From Candidatus Babeliales bacterium (GTDB lineage: Bacteria; Babelota; Babeliae; Babelales; JANWKD01): a stretch of DNA of 64,000 nt. The stretch spans positions 32,001 through 96,000 of the forward strand of contig CAVXJH010000006.1 of NCBI GenBank assembly GCA_963762115.1, given 5' to 3'. Under the pieces are notes generated by a model. It was not told where the DNA came from. It saw only the letters and a list, made by a program, of their open reading frames with translations, and searched no databases. Positions 10,222-20,871 of this stretch are shown here, piece by piece (position 1 is the stretch's first letter; the number at the start of each line of letters is the position of its first letter). Made by a program: the position numbers and the translations under genes.

Positions 10222-10246
10222 TAACGATATATTTAAAATAAAACAA

Positions 10247-12721
10247 TTAACTAATTATACAGCGTTCTTTTTCTTCTAATAATATGCAGTGTTTTTCTTC
10301 TTCGCCTTTTTTTTCTTCTAATAAACGGATTGCTCTTTTATTGTGCTTAGCCTCTGCCCATTTAAGAATTTGAATTTTATCAATGGTCGAATTATGAGAA
10401 AGAATACATTTAAGAATTCCAGTTAAATTACTATGCTCAGCTACATGTTGCAATATTGTTATTGCGCTATTAATTTTGCATGGAACATTTACATCTGCTC
10501 CGGCCTTAATTAACCATCTTGCTATAGTTGATTTTGCTAAGGTGTTACCTTTTAGAGCCCACATAAATAGAGGAATTCCCTTATTATTAACTCGATTAAC
10601 ATCAATACCAGGCATTTTAAGAAATAATTGAACAATTTTATAATCACTATCATCCCGTAACCACCATCCCGTGGCCGCTGCTACTAATGGAATAGTTCCC
10701 TCATTATCTGCTTTATTAATATCGATACCAGGTGCTTCAAGTAATAATCGAATAATTTTAAACTCTTTATCATCCCTTGAAAAAAATAACCCGTCCTCCT
10801 CCCATCCTATGGCCGCTAACAATGGAGTAATTCCCTCATTATTAGTTTTATTAACATCAATACTAGGTGCTTCAAGTAATAATTGAACAATTTCTGATTT
10901 TCCATACCTTATGGCAAGTATCAATGGAGTAATTCCCTCATTATCTGCTTTATTAGTATCGATACCAGGTGCTTCAAGTAATAATTGAACAATTTCTGAT
11001 TTTCCATGTCTTATAGCAAATATCAATGGAGTAGTTCCCCACTTATTAGTAGCTTTATTAATATCAATACCAGGTGCTTCAAGTAATAATTGAATAATTT
11101 GATAATCTTCTTTTAATATAGCCATTATCAATGGTGTTTCCCCATTCATATTTTCTGTATTAACATCAGCACCAAATTGAATTAACCATTTTGCAATTTC
11201 AAGTTTTTGTTCCTTCATTGCATAGGTAAGTAAATTATATCCATACATACGAAAATTAATATCAACACCTTTTGCAATTTCTTCTTGAACTGCATCAAGA
11301 TCATTATTATTTATTGCATTTACTAGCTTAGCTCGTATCATTCCACTTAAACAAAAATCTAACATTGATTGTTCAAGTTGGGATATTTTTGATTCCTTCT
11401 CTGCTTTCTCGCCAAAATTTTCCTGAAGCACATCTTGTTTGCTATTATTTTCTTCGACTATTTTTCTCAAAAACTCTACTATTTCTTGATTAATCTCATG
11501 AACTGGGTTTAGAGGGCTAGTTTCCATAAATTCATCTTCAATAATTGCACCAAGATTGACTAATTTTTTAACCAAATCAAAGTTATTTCCTTTGGCTGCA
11601 TACAATAATGCACTTTTACTCCATTTATTTTGAGCATTCACATTCAATGCTCCAACGTCAACAGAAGTGAGTAATTTAACAATTTTGGAAGTGCCATAAA
11701 GCATAGCTTTTATTAAAGGCGTTGAGCCATCATCAGCAATTGCATCAATATTTGCACCCATAACTAATAAAAATTGTACAATTTTATAATGCTGGTTTGA
11801 AATGGCAATCATTAATGGCGTAATGCCATTTTGAATAGGCAAATCAATAATAATATCTTTATGATTAGCTAAAGCTTTTACAATGTTAAAATTACCTTCT
11901 CTTGCAGCTTCCGCTAAAACAGTCCATCCCGTATGATCTTTAACATTCACATTTATCATTGAGTCACTAAGTAATGTTATTACAGCTTCAAGATCATTAT
12001 TTTTAACTGCCGTTATCAACGGTGAGTATGTATTATTAATTTGCGCTCGCCTTTTAATATTTTTAAGATAATTACTTAATGCTCTTTTTTGATAATCAGC
12101 ATTTTTTTGATGAAGATAATGAAGAGAAGCATCATAACCAGCTTTTAAACCTGATTCAATAACTCTTATTGGTTTTTTAATCATAGTTGCTAAAATTTGC
12201 TTTTTTGTCTTTTTAGCTTTTTTATTTTCTTGTAATTCTTGAGAGTCTTTCTCTTTTCCTTTTTCAGTCTGCTTTATATCAGGTTGTTTTTCTGTTTTTT
12301 CTGAATCATCATTTATAAATGGTTCTGTTGCATTTTGTAGTATTGGTCTATTTTCCTGAGGTGATAAACGATTTACCACTTGATCAAAACCATATTCAAA
12401 TGCAAGATCAAAAGCAGTTCTTTCTTTGCCATCTTTAATATCACCTCGAGCGTTATTATCTATCAAATAATTAACAATTGTGAAGTCTCCACTTTCTTGG
12501 CACATTAGAATTGCTTCCAAAAGAGCAGTTGAAGAATCTAAATCTTGTTCATCAATATCAATATCACCGAATTTAACAATTGCTTGAATAAGATCAAAAT
12601 CATTCTGCCGAACAGCAGAAATTAATGGTGTTGTATCGCCACTATTCACTTCCATGGCCAAAATGGGCGAAAGGTTAGCGATGGCGAAAAAAATAGTTAA
12701 GAAAATAATATATTTATTCAC
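10247..12721 (-). CDS. Secreted ankyrin-repeat protein with C-terminal CaaX-like end
   Basis: Signal peptide, many GxTPLxxA..GADVN repeats, ends CIIS. Confidence 0.9.
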   Translation of the reverse strand: MNKYIIFLTIFFAIANLSPILAMEVNSGDTTPLISAVRQNDFDLIQAIVKFGDIDIDEQDLDSSTALLEAILMCQESGDFTIVNYLIDNNARGDIKDGKERTAFDLAFEYGFDQVVNRLSPQENRPILQNATEPFINDDSEKTEKQPDIKQTEKGKEKDSQELQENKKAKKTKKQILATMIKKPIRVIESGLKAGYDASLHYLHQKNADYQKRALSNYLKNIKRRAQINNTYSPLITAVKNNDLEAVITLLSDSMINVNVKDHTGWTVLAEAAREGNFNIVKALANHKDIIIDLPIQNGITPLMIAISNQHYKIVQFLLVMGANIDAIADDGSTPLIKAMLYGTSKIVKLLTSVDVGALNVNAQNKWSKSALLYAAKGNNFDLVKKLVNLGAIIEDEFMETSPLNPVHEINQEIVEFLRKIVEENNSKQDVLQENFGEKAEKESKISQLEQSMLDFCLSGMIRAKLVNAINNNDLDAVQEEIAKGVDINFRMYGYNLLTYAMKEQKLEIAKWLIQFGADVNTENMNGETPLIMAILKEDYQIIQLLLEAPGIDINKATNKWGTTPLIFAIRHGKSEIVQLLLEAPGIDTNKADNEGITPLILAIRYGKSEIVQLLLEAPSIDVNKTNNEGITPLLAAIGWEEDGLFFSRDDKEFKIIRLLLEAPGIDINKADNEGTIPLVAAATGWWLRDDSDYKIVQLFLKMPGIDVNRVNNKGIPLFMWALKGNTLAKSTIARWLIKAGADVNVPCKINSAITILQHVAEHSNLTGILKCILSHNSTIDKIQILKWAEAKHNKRAIRLLEEKKGEEEKHCILLEEKERCIIS
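10600..11150 (-). repeat. Near-identical tandem ankyrin-coding DNA units (~102-135 bp)
   Basis: Repeated ATACCAGGTGCTTCAAGTAATAATTGAA (LLLEAPGID). Confidence 0.85.
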
Positions 12722-12919
12722 AGGGGTTCTCCTTTATTTTGAACCTATAAAATAATAAAAATATCAATTTGAGTATAATTTAATAGTAGCATATATAAAA
12801 CAATTAACAAGTGGCTAATTTTCTAACTGGATATATTTATCTGAATACTTATACAACTCTTTTGCAAAAATTTATGCCAATTAATTGGGCTAGACCTTTA
12901 GCAACAAATATTAAACTGA

Positions 12920-15076
12920 TTATTTCTTTCTATATTTTTTAACAAGATCTGCATAATGAGTACACATACCAGCAGGGCCTTCAAAATAATCTAAACAGTC
13001 TTTGCCCATTCCATCAAGAAGATCAGGATTAGCGCCCTTACTTAATAATTCTTCAGCAAAATCTATTAATTGATACTGAAAACAAAGCATTAACGGCGTT
13101 CTTCCTTGAGCGTCTTGAGCATTAACATCCGCATCAGCATCCATAAGATATTTTGCTAATACTTTATTTGATGTTTCAAAAGCAATGTGCAAAGGCGTTT
13201 TGCCTTGTTGATCGGCAATATCAAGACGAGCATTTTTTTTAACTAAAGCATAAAAAACTTGCGGACAATAACGCACAACATCTTGCGAGCAATAGCGTGC
13301 AACATAATGCAAAACAGACTGTCCTTGATTGTCAACAGCATTGACATCCGCACCAGCATTAATCAACTTTTGAGCTATAGCATGTTGCTCTGTCTCAAGC
13401 GCAACCAACAAAGAAGTTTTTCCTTCGTTATTACGCACATCAATCAAGGGATGATAATTTAATAACAAATCAACAGATTGAGGACATTTTTCTACCGCAA
13501 CATGCAATGCAGTATCACCTTGATTATCGCGAATGGTAAGATCTGGATTATGCGCAAGAAGAGCTCTTACTGTTTTCTCTTTAGATCTTTCAAAAGCAAA
13601 ATGCAAAGGAGTTTGGCCTTTATTGTTTTGGTGATTTAAATTAGCACCATTTTTTATCAAATACTCAAGAATTTTTACTTTATCTTTCAAAGCATAAAAT
13701 ATAATTGTATTACCTTGATTATCAACTTGTTCAATATTTTCTGGATCAAACATTTTTTTGAATGTTTTTTTATGATTTTTGCCGACCAAGTACATCGCCA
13801 AGGTCATACCTCTATCATTAAAAGTAGTATAATTTTTATCACCCAATAAAGAGCTTACAACATCGTCATAACCACTTTTTAAGGCACAATAAAGAATTTC
13901 CATTCTTACCAAATTATCTATCGTTACAACAATATCGGGTGCAAAAAGAAGAGGAACTAGCTCAGGAGTATAACATTGTGGTTGCAAAAATAATAACCAC
14001 GGATTCAATTTCACTTTATTCAATTTAAAGTGGCTAATAACTTTGGCGCCTCTCTCTAATAACATTGCTATTAATACATCATGCTTTGCTAACAATGCAT
14101 AACATAAAGGAGTCATACCTTTATTATCACGCGCATCAAAATTAATCATCTGAGAACATTGCAACAAAGCGCAAGCAGCATTAAAATTTCCCGTTTTAAT
14201 CATAGTGTGCAAAGGATTTTGTCCTTCTTTTGAAGTTTTATTAAAATCTGCTCCAATAGCAACGAGCAACTGCACTTGCTCAGGATTGGTAATTCTATGC
14301 ATAAAAGTTAAACAGGTATAAAGATCTTCACGAGCAGCTTCTTTGGCCAACGCAGCATGCGAAATATTTTTGGGCAATTTCTGCAAAAAGCTGGCACCTA
14401 TTAAAATGGATTCTTGCTGCACATACTGCTTAAACAAATCTTTTACAAGATCTTCTTGAGCATTATTTTTAGCAACAAAAAAATTTTTCAGACTAACGGC
14501 AGAACGCCCTAAAATGCTTTCAGATGGTACCGGTTGTTTTTTCTCTTGCACATGACCAAGCAATCTATTTGCCAACTCTGTATCACCAAATAAACGTGCA
14601 ACACCTAATGCTGTCTTACCATACATATCTTTTTGATCAGTACCCTTGCCGTTTTTTGTTAAATAATCGATCATGGTGAATGCTTGCATTCGCTTACCAT
14701 CTCTTATAAAAGTCATCAATGGCGTTTCACCATCAACGGTAGTTACTAAGGGGTCAATCGAAAAACCTTGTATTAATTGATATATTTCTCCCGTTGTTGA
14801 TGCATCATGCAAAAGCGTACGCCCCAAAGGGCGCTTTATTATACGATATTGAACATACTCTTTCACTTCTTCTGGCAAACGTCCAACTTGCTGTTGAGTG
14901 CTGTTAAAATCCTCAGACTTGAGAGCATTTTCTATAAAATTATCAGCGGTTATTTCTTTTAAAGAAGGCATAATAAGCTTTTTTTCTTCCCGGAAATCGC
15001 CTTCCATAGCATAAACACCAAAAAAATTAGCCGCTGCTAATATAGATAATACAAAAAAAATAAAACCTTTTTTCAT
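12920..15076 (-). CDS. Secreted ankyrin-repeat protein
   Basis: Signal peptide ending VYA-ME; many GxTPLH repeats. Confidence 0.9.
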   Translation of the reverse strand: MKKGFIFFVLSILAAANFFGVYAMEGDFREEKKLIMPSLKEITADNFIENALKSEDFNSTQQQVGRLPEEVKEYVQYRIIKRPLGRTLLHDASTTGEIYQLIQGFSIDPLVTTVDGETPLMTFIRDGKRMQAFTMIDYLTKNGKGTDQKDMYGKTALGVARLFGDTELANRLLGHVQEKKQPVPSESILGRSAVSLKNFFVAKNNAQEDLVKDLFKQYVQQESILIGASFLQKLPKNISHAALAKEAAREDLYTCLTFMHRITNPEQVQLLVAIGADFNKTSKEGQNPLHTMIKTGNFNAACALLQCSQMINFDARDNKGMTPLCYALLAKHDVLIAMLLERGAKVISHFKLNKVKLNPWLLFLQPQCYTPELVPLLFAPDIVVTIDNLVRMEILYCALKSGYDDVVSSLLGDKNYTTFNDRGMTLAMYLVGKNHKKTFKKMFDPENIEQVDNQGNTIIFYALKDKVKILEYLIKNGANLNHQNNKGQTPLHFAFERSKEKTVRALLAHNPDLTIRDNQGDTALHVAVEKCPQSVDLLLNYHPLIDVRNNEGKTSLLVALETEQHAIAQKLINAGADVNAVDNQGQSVLHYVARYCSQDVVRYCPQVFYALVKKNARLDIADQQGKTPLHIAFETSNKVLAKYLMDADADVNAQDAQGRTPLMLCFQYQLIDFAEELLSKGANPDLLDGMGKDCLDYFEGPAGMCTHYADLVKKYRKK

Positions 15077-15312
15077 TAGAATCCCCTAAATATTAATAAC
15101 AAATTGTAATTATAATTAATATAACCTCAAATAATCAATATGTCTAATTATTAATTAAATATTTTCAGGATGAAATAATTATGCGGAAAAATGGCCGCCA
15201 ACTGGATTCAAATAGAAACTTTCTTTCTGCTTTTCTAGTTTTTTTCAGTTCAAATCCTTATTCTTAAAGAAAAGAAAGATATACATAACTCTTATAAACA
15301 ATAGGTAAAACA

Positions 15313-15894
15313 ATGAATTTTCGAATGGAACATAAGCTTAGTAAAATAATAGCAGCGGTAGTTGCGCTTTCACTTGCTCTCTCAGGATTAGGATATTTTT
15401 ATTTTTCTTCGCAACAGCAACTACAAATCTATGAATTTGAAAATCAACGCGATACGCCATTTATTAAAGAATTATTCAAAAATGATTGGTATTGGCTTGT
15501 TGCTGGCATCTCAGATTCTTATGATTCAGTTGCTGAGAATTATGTAGAGAATATGCTCGCGACGCGCTTATCTTCAACGCATAAACGGCCGCTAACATTA
15601 AAAGTTGTGTATGAAAACAATAAACCTGTTGGTTTTCTTGCCTATTTTATTAAAAAATTTTATTTAGGAAAAATTCTTTTTGTTGATGTTCTACCTGAGT
15701 ACCGATCAAAAGGGTGGGGAGCGAAATTAATGAAATATGCCATGGATGATTTGATCAAACGAGGTGTCTCTCAAATTGAATTAGTTACGCGTACTAATAA
15801 TGATGCCGCGCAGAAATTATATACACGCTTAGGATTTCATGAAACAGAACGTGATGATGAGTTTGTCAGCTTTGCCTATCAAGTTCCTCAATAA
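15313..15894 (+). CDS. GNAT N-acetyltransferase with N-terminal membrane anchor
   Basis: VLPEYRSKGWG, NDAAQKLYTRLGF. Confidence 0.85.
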   Translation: MNFRMEHKLSKIIAAVVALSLALSGLGYFYFSSQQQLQIYEFENQRDTPFIKELFKNDWYWLVAGISDSYDSVAENYVENMLATRLSSTHKRPLTLKVVYENNKPVGFLAYFIKKFYLGKILFVDVLPEYRSKGWGAKLMKYAMDDLIKRGVSQIELVTRTNNDAAQKLYTRLGFHETERDDEFVSFAYQVPQ

Positions 15895-15906
15895 ATTCAG
15901 CAATCA

Positions 15907-17604
15907 TCACTGAAGATTAGCAGGATTTCTCAGATGATAATCTTGTGGATTTTTTTCACTCACAAAATCAGGTTTATACAATATTTTATCATCAGTAAAA
16001 TATTCTGGACGAGCTATTTTGTCATCTCCATTACCCTGGGCATAATAAATCAGATCTGTTATTTTTTCATTAAAGCGAGGAGTTAAATCAAGTCCTTTAA
16101 TATCTTTAAAGAGATTATAAACTGCATCAAGGACAAGTTGCGCATTTTCTTTACCCAGACTGGGGGCAATTACCATTATTGGTGGTACTTCATTGCCATA
16201 TTCTTTTGTTAATTTTTCTTTAAGTATTTGTGGATTTTCTTCAAAATCAAAATCACTTCTCACTTTAAGAGTATTTACCGCTTTTTGTAATGCAGGGTTT
16301 GTCCCAAGAGCTTTCAAAAATTGTTCTAAGATTATCATAAAATCGTTAGCATCTTTTGGCATCAAATGAATTTTATATAAACCAACCAAATCTTCTTTGA
16401 TTTTTTTCAACCGCTCTTCTGGTGTCCCTGCGGGTGCATTGTAATAAGATTTTAACACAAGCTCGCTGTCATCTCCAGGACTAGTCCTAACTCCTTTAAT
16501 TAATAGAGGAGAACCAAGAAAGATATAACCTCCAAAAAAAAGCTCTTCTATTTTACTTGAACCATCTATTTGTTCAACAAAATTATCTACCCAATCACCT
16601 TTGCTATCATAGGGTACTGTCGTTATACGAAAAAATGGCAATTTTTTTTGCTCTTCTAATTTTCTTCTTTCAAGCTCTTGTTGTTCTCTTTCTTGTTGTA
16701 ATCTCAACTTTTCTTGTCGCTTCACTTCCACTTCACGTTCTCTTTGCTTTTGAATTAAACGCCTTCGCTCTTCTTCACGCTCACGTTTTTCACGCTCAAT
16801 GCGCTGCTCTTCTAATCTTCTTTTTTCAAGAGCTAGTCGTTCTCGTTCTTGTTGTAATCTCAACTCTTCTTGTCGTTTTGCTTCTGCTTCACGTTCCCTT
16901 TGCTTTTGAGCTAAGCGCCTTTGTTCTTCTTCTTTCTTACGTTTTTCACGCTCAATGCGCTGCTCTTCTAATCTTCTCTTTTCAGCCGCTTGCCGTTCCC
17001 GTTCTTGTTGTTCTCTTTCTTGTTGCAATCTCAGCTCTTCTTGTCGCTTCGCTTCCGCTTCACGTTCTCTTTCTAGCTGAAGCTGAATTAAGCGCCTTTG
17101 CTCTTCTTCATATTTGCGTCTTTCACGCTCAATACGTTGCTCTTCTTCTAATCGACTTGTCTCAAGAGCCTGCTGCAACTCCCTTTCTTCTTGTAATCTC
17201 AACTCTTCTTGTCGTTTTGCTTCCGCTTCACGCTCCCGTTGCTCCTGAGCTAAGCGCCTTCGCTCTTCTTCACGCTCACGTTTTTCACGCTCAATACGTT
17301 GCTCTTCTAGTCTTCTTCTTTCATGTCGCTCTCGTTCTTGTTGCGCTCTTACTTGTTGCAATCTTAACTCTTCCCGAACTCGATTACGCTCTTCTAGCTC
17401 TCGTTCAAGAGCCGCTTGTTTTCTTTGCGCCTCAATAATTTGTTGATTTTTTTGTGCTTCACGATACAAGGTTTCTTCTAATACTTTTAAATGATCAGTA
17501 AGTTGAACAAGATTATTTTTTAATGCGTATAATGTTGCATGAACAGGAGAAAAAATGAAAAGAACAAACAAAGATATTATTATTTTTTTCATTTTCACGC
17601 TCAT
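15907..17604 (-). CDS. Secreted protein with E/R/Q coiled-coil repeats and globular C-terminal domain
   Basis: Signal peptide, repeats of RRLEEQRIEREK..EAEAKRQEELRLQ, C-terminal YKIHLMP..PRFN domain. Confidence 0.8.
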   Translation of the reverse strand: MSVKMKKIIISLFVLFIFSPVHATLYALKNNLVQLTDHLKVLEETLYREAQKNQQIIEAQRKQAALERELEERNRVREELRLQQVRAQQERERHERRRLEEQRIEREKREREEERRRLAQEQREREAEAKRQEELRLQEERELQQALETSRLEEEQRIERERRKYEEEQRRLIQLQLEREREAEAKRQEELRLQQEREQQERERQAAEKRRLEEQRIEREKRKKEEEQRRLAQKQREREAEAKRQEELRLQQERERLALEKRRLEEQRIEREKREREEERRRLIQKQREREVEVKRQEKLRLQQEREQQELERRKLEEQKKLPFFRITTVPYDSKGDWVDNFVEQIDGSSKIEELFFGGYIFLGSPLLIKGVRTSPGDDSELVLKSYYNAPAGTPEERLKKIKEDLVGLYKIHLMPKDANDFMIILEQFLKALGTNPALQKAVNTLKVRSDFDFEENPQILKEKLTKEYGNEVPPIMVIAPSLGKENAQLVLDAVYNLFKDIKGLDLTPRFNEKITDLIYYAQGNGDDKIARPEYFTDDKILYKPDFVSEKNPQDYHLRNPANLQ

Positions 17605-17639
17605 TAACAACCCTCCAGGCATTAAAAATATAAAAAATA

Positions 17640-18050
17640 TTATTCGGGTTTATTTTTTGCAACAAAAACAGCAAGTTGCGCTAACACAAAATTAGCAACT
17701 GCATGGCCTGCATTGCTCAAACACAGCATATAATAGCCTGGCATGCTCAAAAGATTGAGAATTATAATAATATACCAAGCCATAAACAGATAAGCACCAC
17801 ATTTGGCATATTTTGAAAAAATCAAAATCGCAATGGCAATTTCAAAAATACCTACAAGATATAAGATGTACGTTGCTGATAAAGGTATAAGCGAAGTGAC
17901 ATAAGGACTCACGAAACTTTCGCTGCTTGCATTGAAAAAATGAAAAAATTTATCCAACCCCGCCACCAAGGCAATGGTCCCATAGATAATTTTCAATAAA
18001 TAATATGATAAGTGCATACGAGCTGATAATAATTTTGATAGTTCAAACAT
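17640..18050 (-). CDS. DoxX-family membrane protein
   Basis: AGLDKFF, VGIFEI, four hydrophobic helices. Confidence 0.7.
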   Translation of the reverse strand: MFELSKLLSARMHLSYYLLKIIYGTIALVAGLDKFFHFFNASSESFVSPYVTSLIPLSATYILYLVGIFEIAIAILIFSKYAKCGAYLFMAWYIIIILNLLSMPGYYMLCLSNAGHAVANFVLAQLAVFVAKNKPE

Positions 18051-18138
18051 TAGTTACTCCTTAACAATAAACCATTATTATTATTATTTTAGAATACATA
18101 ATGCATTATGGAAAAAACTAGTATTTAGAATAAAAAAA

Positions 18139-19668
18139 TTATTTTTTTTGCATTTCAGATGGAATAGGCAACTTCATATTTTTCAAAATGCATGGCGCAA
18201 TATCAGATAATCCTTGCATATTTGAACAAGGTAATAATGCATTCTCCAAACCTTGTTGCACCATCAAAAAAATAACCGGATTTGTTGTATGAGATGTTTT
18301 AATTTGTTTGGTCTTCTCATCAAACATTTCTTCAGCTTTACCATGATCAGCAGTAATATAAAGAGTACCTTTCATTTTTTTAACTACCGTTTCGTATAAA
18401 ACACCCAATTGCTTATCAAGACATTCAACTGCCTTAATAGTCGCTGCTAAGTTTCCTGAATGGCCTACCATGTCAGCATTGGCATAATTAATAAGATAAA
18501 AATCTTTCGGTTCATGCTCAAGTGATTCAATAACTGCTTGCGTAATTTTATCTGCAGACATTTCAGGAAAATGAATATAATTTTTGGCAACAATTGAAGG
18601 AATTAACACGCGTGTTTCGTCAGTATGCACCTTTTCATTGCCCGCATTAAAAAAATACGTAACATGGGCATATTTTTCCGTTTCAGCAATAGCAAACATA
18701 CTTTTTTGAGCAGCTTCCAAAACATCCATGAGCGTATTTTTGATTGGCTTTTTTTCATATAAAACGGTTGTTTTTAGCGTATCGTGATCATAAGCAACCG
18801 GCGTCATAAAAAAAGAGGTGATAACTTTTTTATGTTCAAATTTATCAAAGGCTTGACCAACAAAAGCTTGCGTTAATTGACGAGCACGATCAGGTCGATA
18901 ATTAAAAAAAACAACCGCATCACCATCCGCAATTATTGAATCAGCATGCAATGGCGTTGGCGGTATAAATTCATCAAATAGTTCATCGTTATAATAAAAA
19001 TCGAGAGCATGCTGCCATGTTTCAAAATGCATTTCTTGTTTTTCGGTTAACACGCGATAACTTGCCGCTGTACGTTCCCAATTTTTATCACGATCCATAG
19101 CATAAAATCTGCCATGCAATGAGCCCAAAATGCCGTAGTTATTTTTTTGCATTTCATTTTCAAGATTCTGCAAATAGTATGATGCTGATTGCGGTGCAAC
19201 GTCACGCCCATCAAGAATTGCATGAACAAAAGTATCTTTTATCCCCGCTTGCTGTGCTGCTTTCAAAAAAGCATAAGCATGCGATTGCTGACTATGAACA
19301 CCGCCATCAGACAGAAGACCAATAATATGTAAGCGACCATTGCGTGCCGCCAACCTTTCAAAGCTTTTAGTCAAAATAGGATTAGCAAAGAAATCACCAT
19401 TTTTTATAGCATTATCAATAATGACTGCATCTTGTTGAACAATCCGCCCACTGCCAATAGTAAAATGCCCAACTTCTGAATTACCCATAACGCCATCATT
19501 GAGCCCAACGGCACAACCAGACGCTTGCAACAGCACATGAGGATACGTTTTTAAAAGATAATCAAGATTTGGGGTCTGTGCTAGGGCAATTGCATTCGAT
19601 GTGCGATCTTGTCTATAGCCAAACCCGTCAAGAATAACCAACACTGTTGGCGGTAAAAAATATACCAT
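18139..19668 (-). CDS. gpmI: 2,3-bisphosphoglycerate-independent phosphoglycerate mutase
   Basis: ILDGFG, MGNSEVGH, AETEKYAHVT, DMVGH, TADHG. Confidence 0.97.
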   Translation of the reverse strand: MVYFLPPTVLVILDGFGYRQDRTSNAIALAQTPNLDYLLKTYPHVLLQASGCAVGLNDGVMGNSEVGHFTIGSGRIVQQDAVIIDNAIKNGDFFANPILTKSFERLAARNGRLHIIGLLSDGGVHSQQSHAYAFLKAAQQAGIKDTFVHAILDGRDVAPQSASYYLQNLENEMQKNNYGILGSLHGRFYAMDRDKNWERTAASYRVLTEKQEMHFETWQHALDFYYNDELFDEFIPPTPLHADSIIADGDAVVFFNYRPDRARQLTQAFVGQAFDKFEHKKVITSFFMTPVAYDHDTLKTTVLYEKKPIKNTLMDVLEAAQKSMFAIAETEKYAHVTYFFNAGNEKVHTDETRVLIPSIVAKNYIHFPEMSADKITQAVIESLEHEPKDFYLINYANADMVGHSGNLAATIKAVECLDKQLGVLYETVVKKMKGTLYITADHGKAEEMFDEKTKQIKTSHTTNPVIFLMVQQGLENALLPCSNMQGLSDIAPCILKNMKLPIPSEMQKK

Positions 19669-19762
19669 TTGTGTATATCCTCAGGATAGTTACCTATGTT
19701 TCTATGAAAAAATAGTGTATATTAGTATTCTTCCATTTTAGTAATCTTGTAAAGGAAATCAT

Positions 19763-20071
19763 ATGAACAATAAATTAGTATTATATATTCTTTTCGTATC
19801 AGCAAGCTTACAACCCCTTGCCATAAAAGCTTTTGAAACAGAAACAACTGAAACAATTACAACAAACAATACTGCTGAACCTATCGGTTATGATGAACTT
19901 GATGCTATTTATCAAGAACAAGGTGGTAATAGTGAAGAAATGGTATCATCTACGCAAATGCCAGAATGGGTAGTCTCTCTAGGTCTTGCCGTGATCTTAA
20001 AGTATCTTGCTCTTAAAGATTTTATGAACAGCTCCTGGGATCGCATCAAACAAACAATCGGTCGTAAATAA
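19763..20071 (+). CDS. Small secreted/membrane hypothetical protein
   Basis: RBS AAGGA, signal peptide, C-terminal hydrophobic helix. Confidence 0.65.
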   Translation: MNNKLVLYILFVSASLQPLAIKAFETETTETITTNNTAEPIGYDELDAIYQEQGGNSEEMVSSTQMPEWVVSLGLAVILKYLALKDFMNSSWDRIKQTIGRK

Positions 20072-20079
20072 TTACTCCT

Positions 20080-20847
20080 ATGCATACCACAAAACATGAA
20101 TTTGCTCTTTTTTGGCAAGGCAAAAAACCATTAAAAGAACAAAGCGCGCATGGCACTTGCTTAATTGATGATCCTATCCTTTATCATCGTATAATCACCG
20201 TGTTACGCTTAAAAAAAGATGAAGAAATTACCCTTTTTGATCGTTTTATTCATTGTCGAGTAAAAATTATTGCTCTTGAAAAAAAACACATTGTAGCAAC
20301 CGTTCTTCATTCTGCTCAGAATAGTATCATTCAACCATCGCTCACTTTTTTATTACCACTTCTCAAGCGTGAAGCACTTCATGAAGCTATATATTCACTA
20401 ACCGAAATTGGTTGCACCACCATTCAACTCATAACAACAAAAAAAATACATGGTTCTTTGAGTGGTGAAAAAGAATTTGAAAAGATGCAAAAAATTGTCA
20501 TTGCAGCTGCAGAACAATCAAAAAATTTTAACTTTCTTGAAATACTCAAACCAATTTCACTTGAACATGCCTTAGCGCAAAGTGATCTGCAAACTAATGC
20601 AAAAAAAATATTCTTTGATCCGCAAGGCATTTCTTGTAACCAATTTTTAACAACTCTAGAAAGAGATGCTCTTAATACTACACACTATTTCTTATTAATT
20701 GGCCCTGAAGGTGATTTAACGCAACAAGAAAAAGAAATTGTTCACGCCGCACATTTTTCATCGATAAAACTTACACAAACTATTTTACGAGCACAACAAG
20801 CAGCACTCCTTGGAGCAGGGATTATACGATCATATATGAGAGAATAA
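20080..20847 (+). CDS. rsmE: 16S rRNA m3U1498 methyltransferase
   Basis: H..VLRL, AAEQS, IGPEGD, ILRA motifs. Confidence 0.9.
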   Translation: MHTTKHEFALFWQGKKPLKEQSAHGTCLIDDPILYHRIITVLRLKKDEEITLFDRFIHCRVKIIALEKKHIVATVLHSAQNSIIQPSLTFLLPLLKREALHEAIYSLTEIGCTTIQLITTKKIHGSLSGEKEFEKMQKIVIAAAEQSKNFNFLEILKPISLEHALAQSDLQTNAKKIFFDPQGISCNQFLTTLERDALNTTHYFLLIGPEGDLTQQEKEIVHAAHFSSIKLTQTILRAQQAALLGAGIIRSYMRE

Positions 20848-20871
20848 TTACTTTTTTTCAAGAAAGGATAG

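Noticed and set aside
16557..17438. 293-aa hydrophobic + strand ORF
   Set aside because: Antisense shadow of the E/R/Q repeat region of the minus-strand gene.
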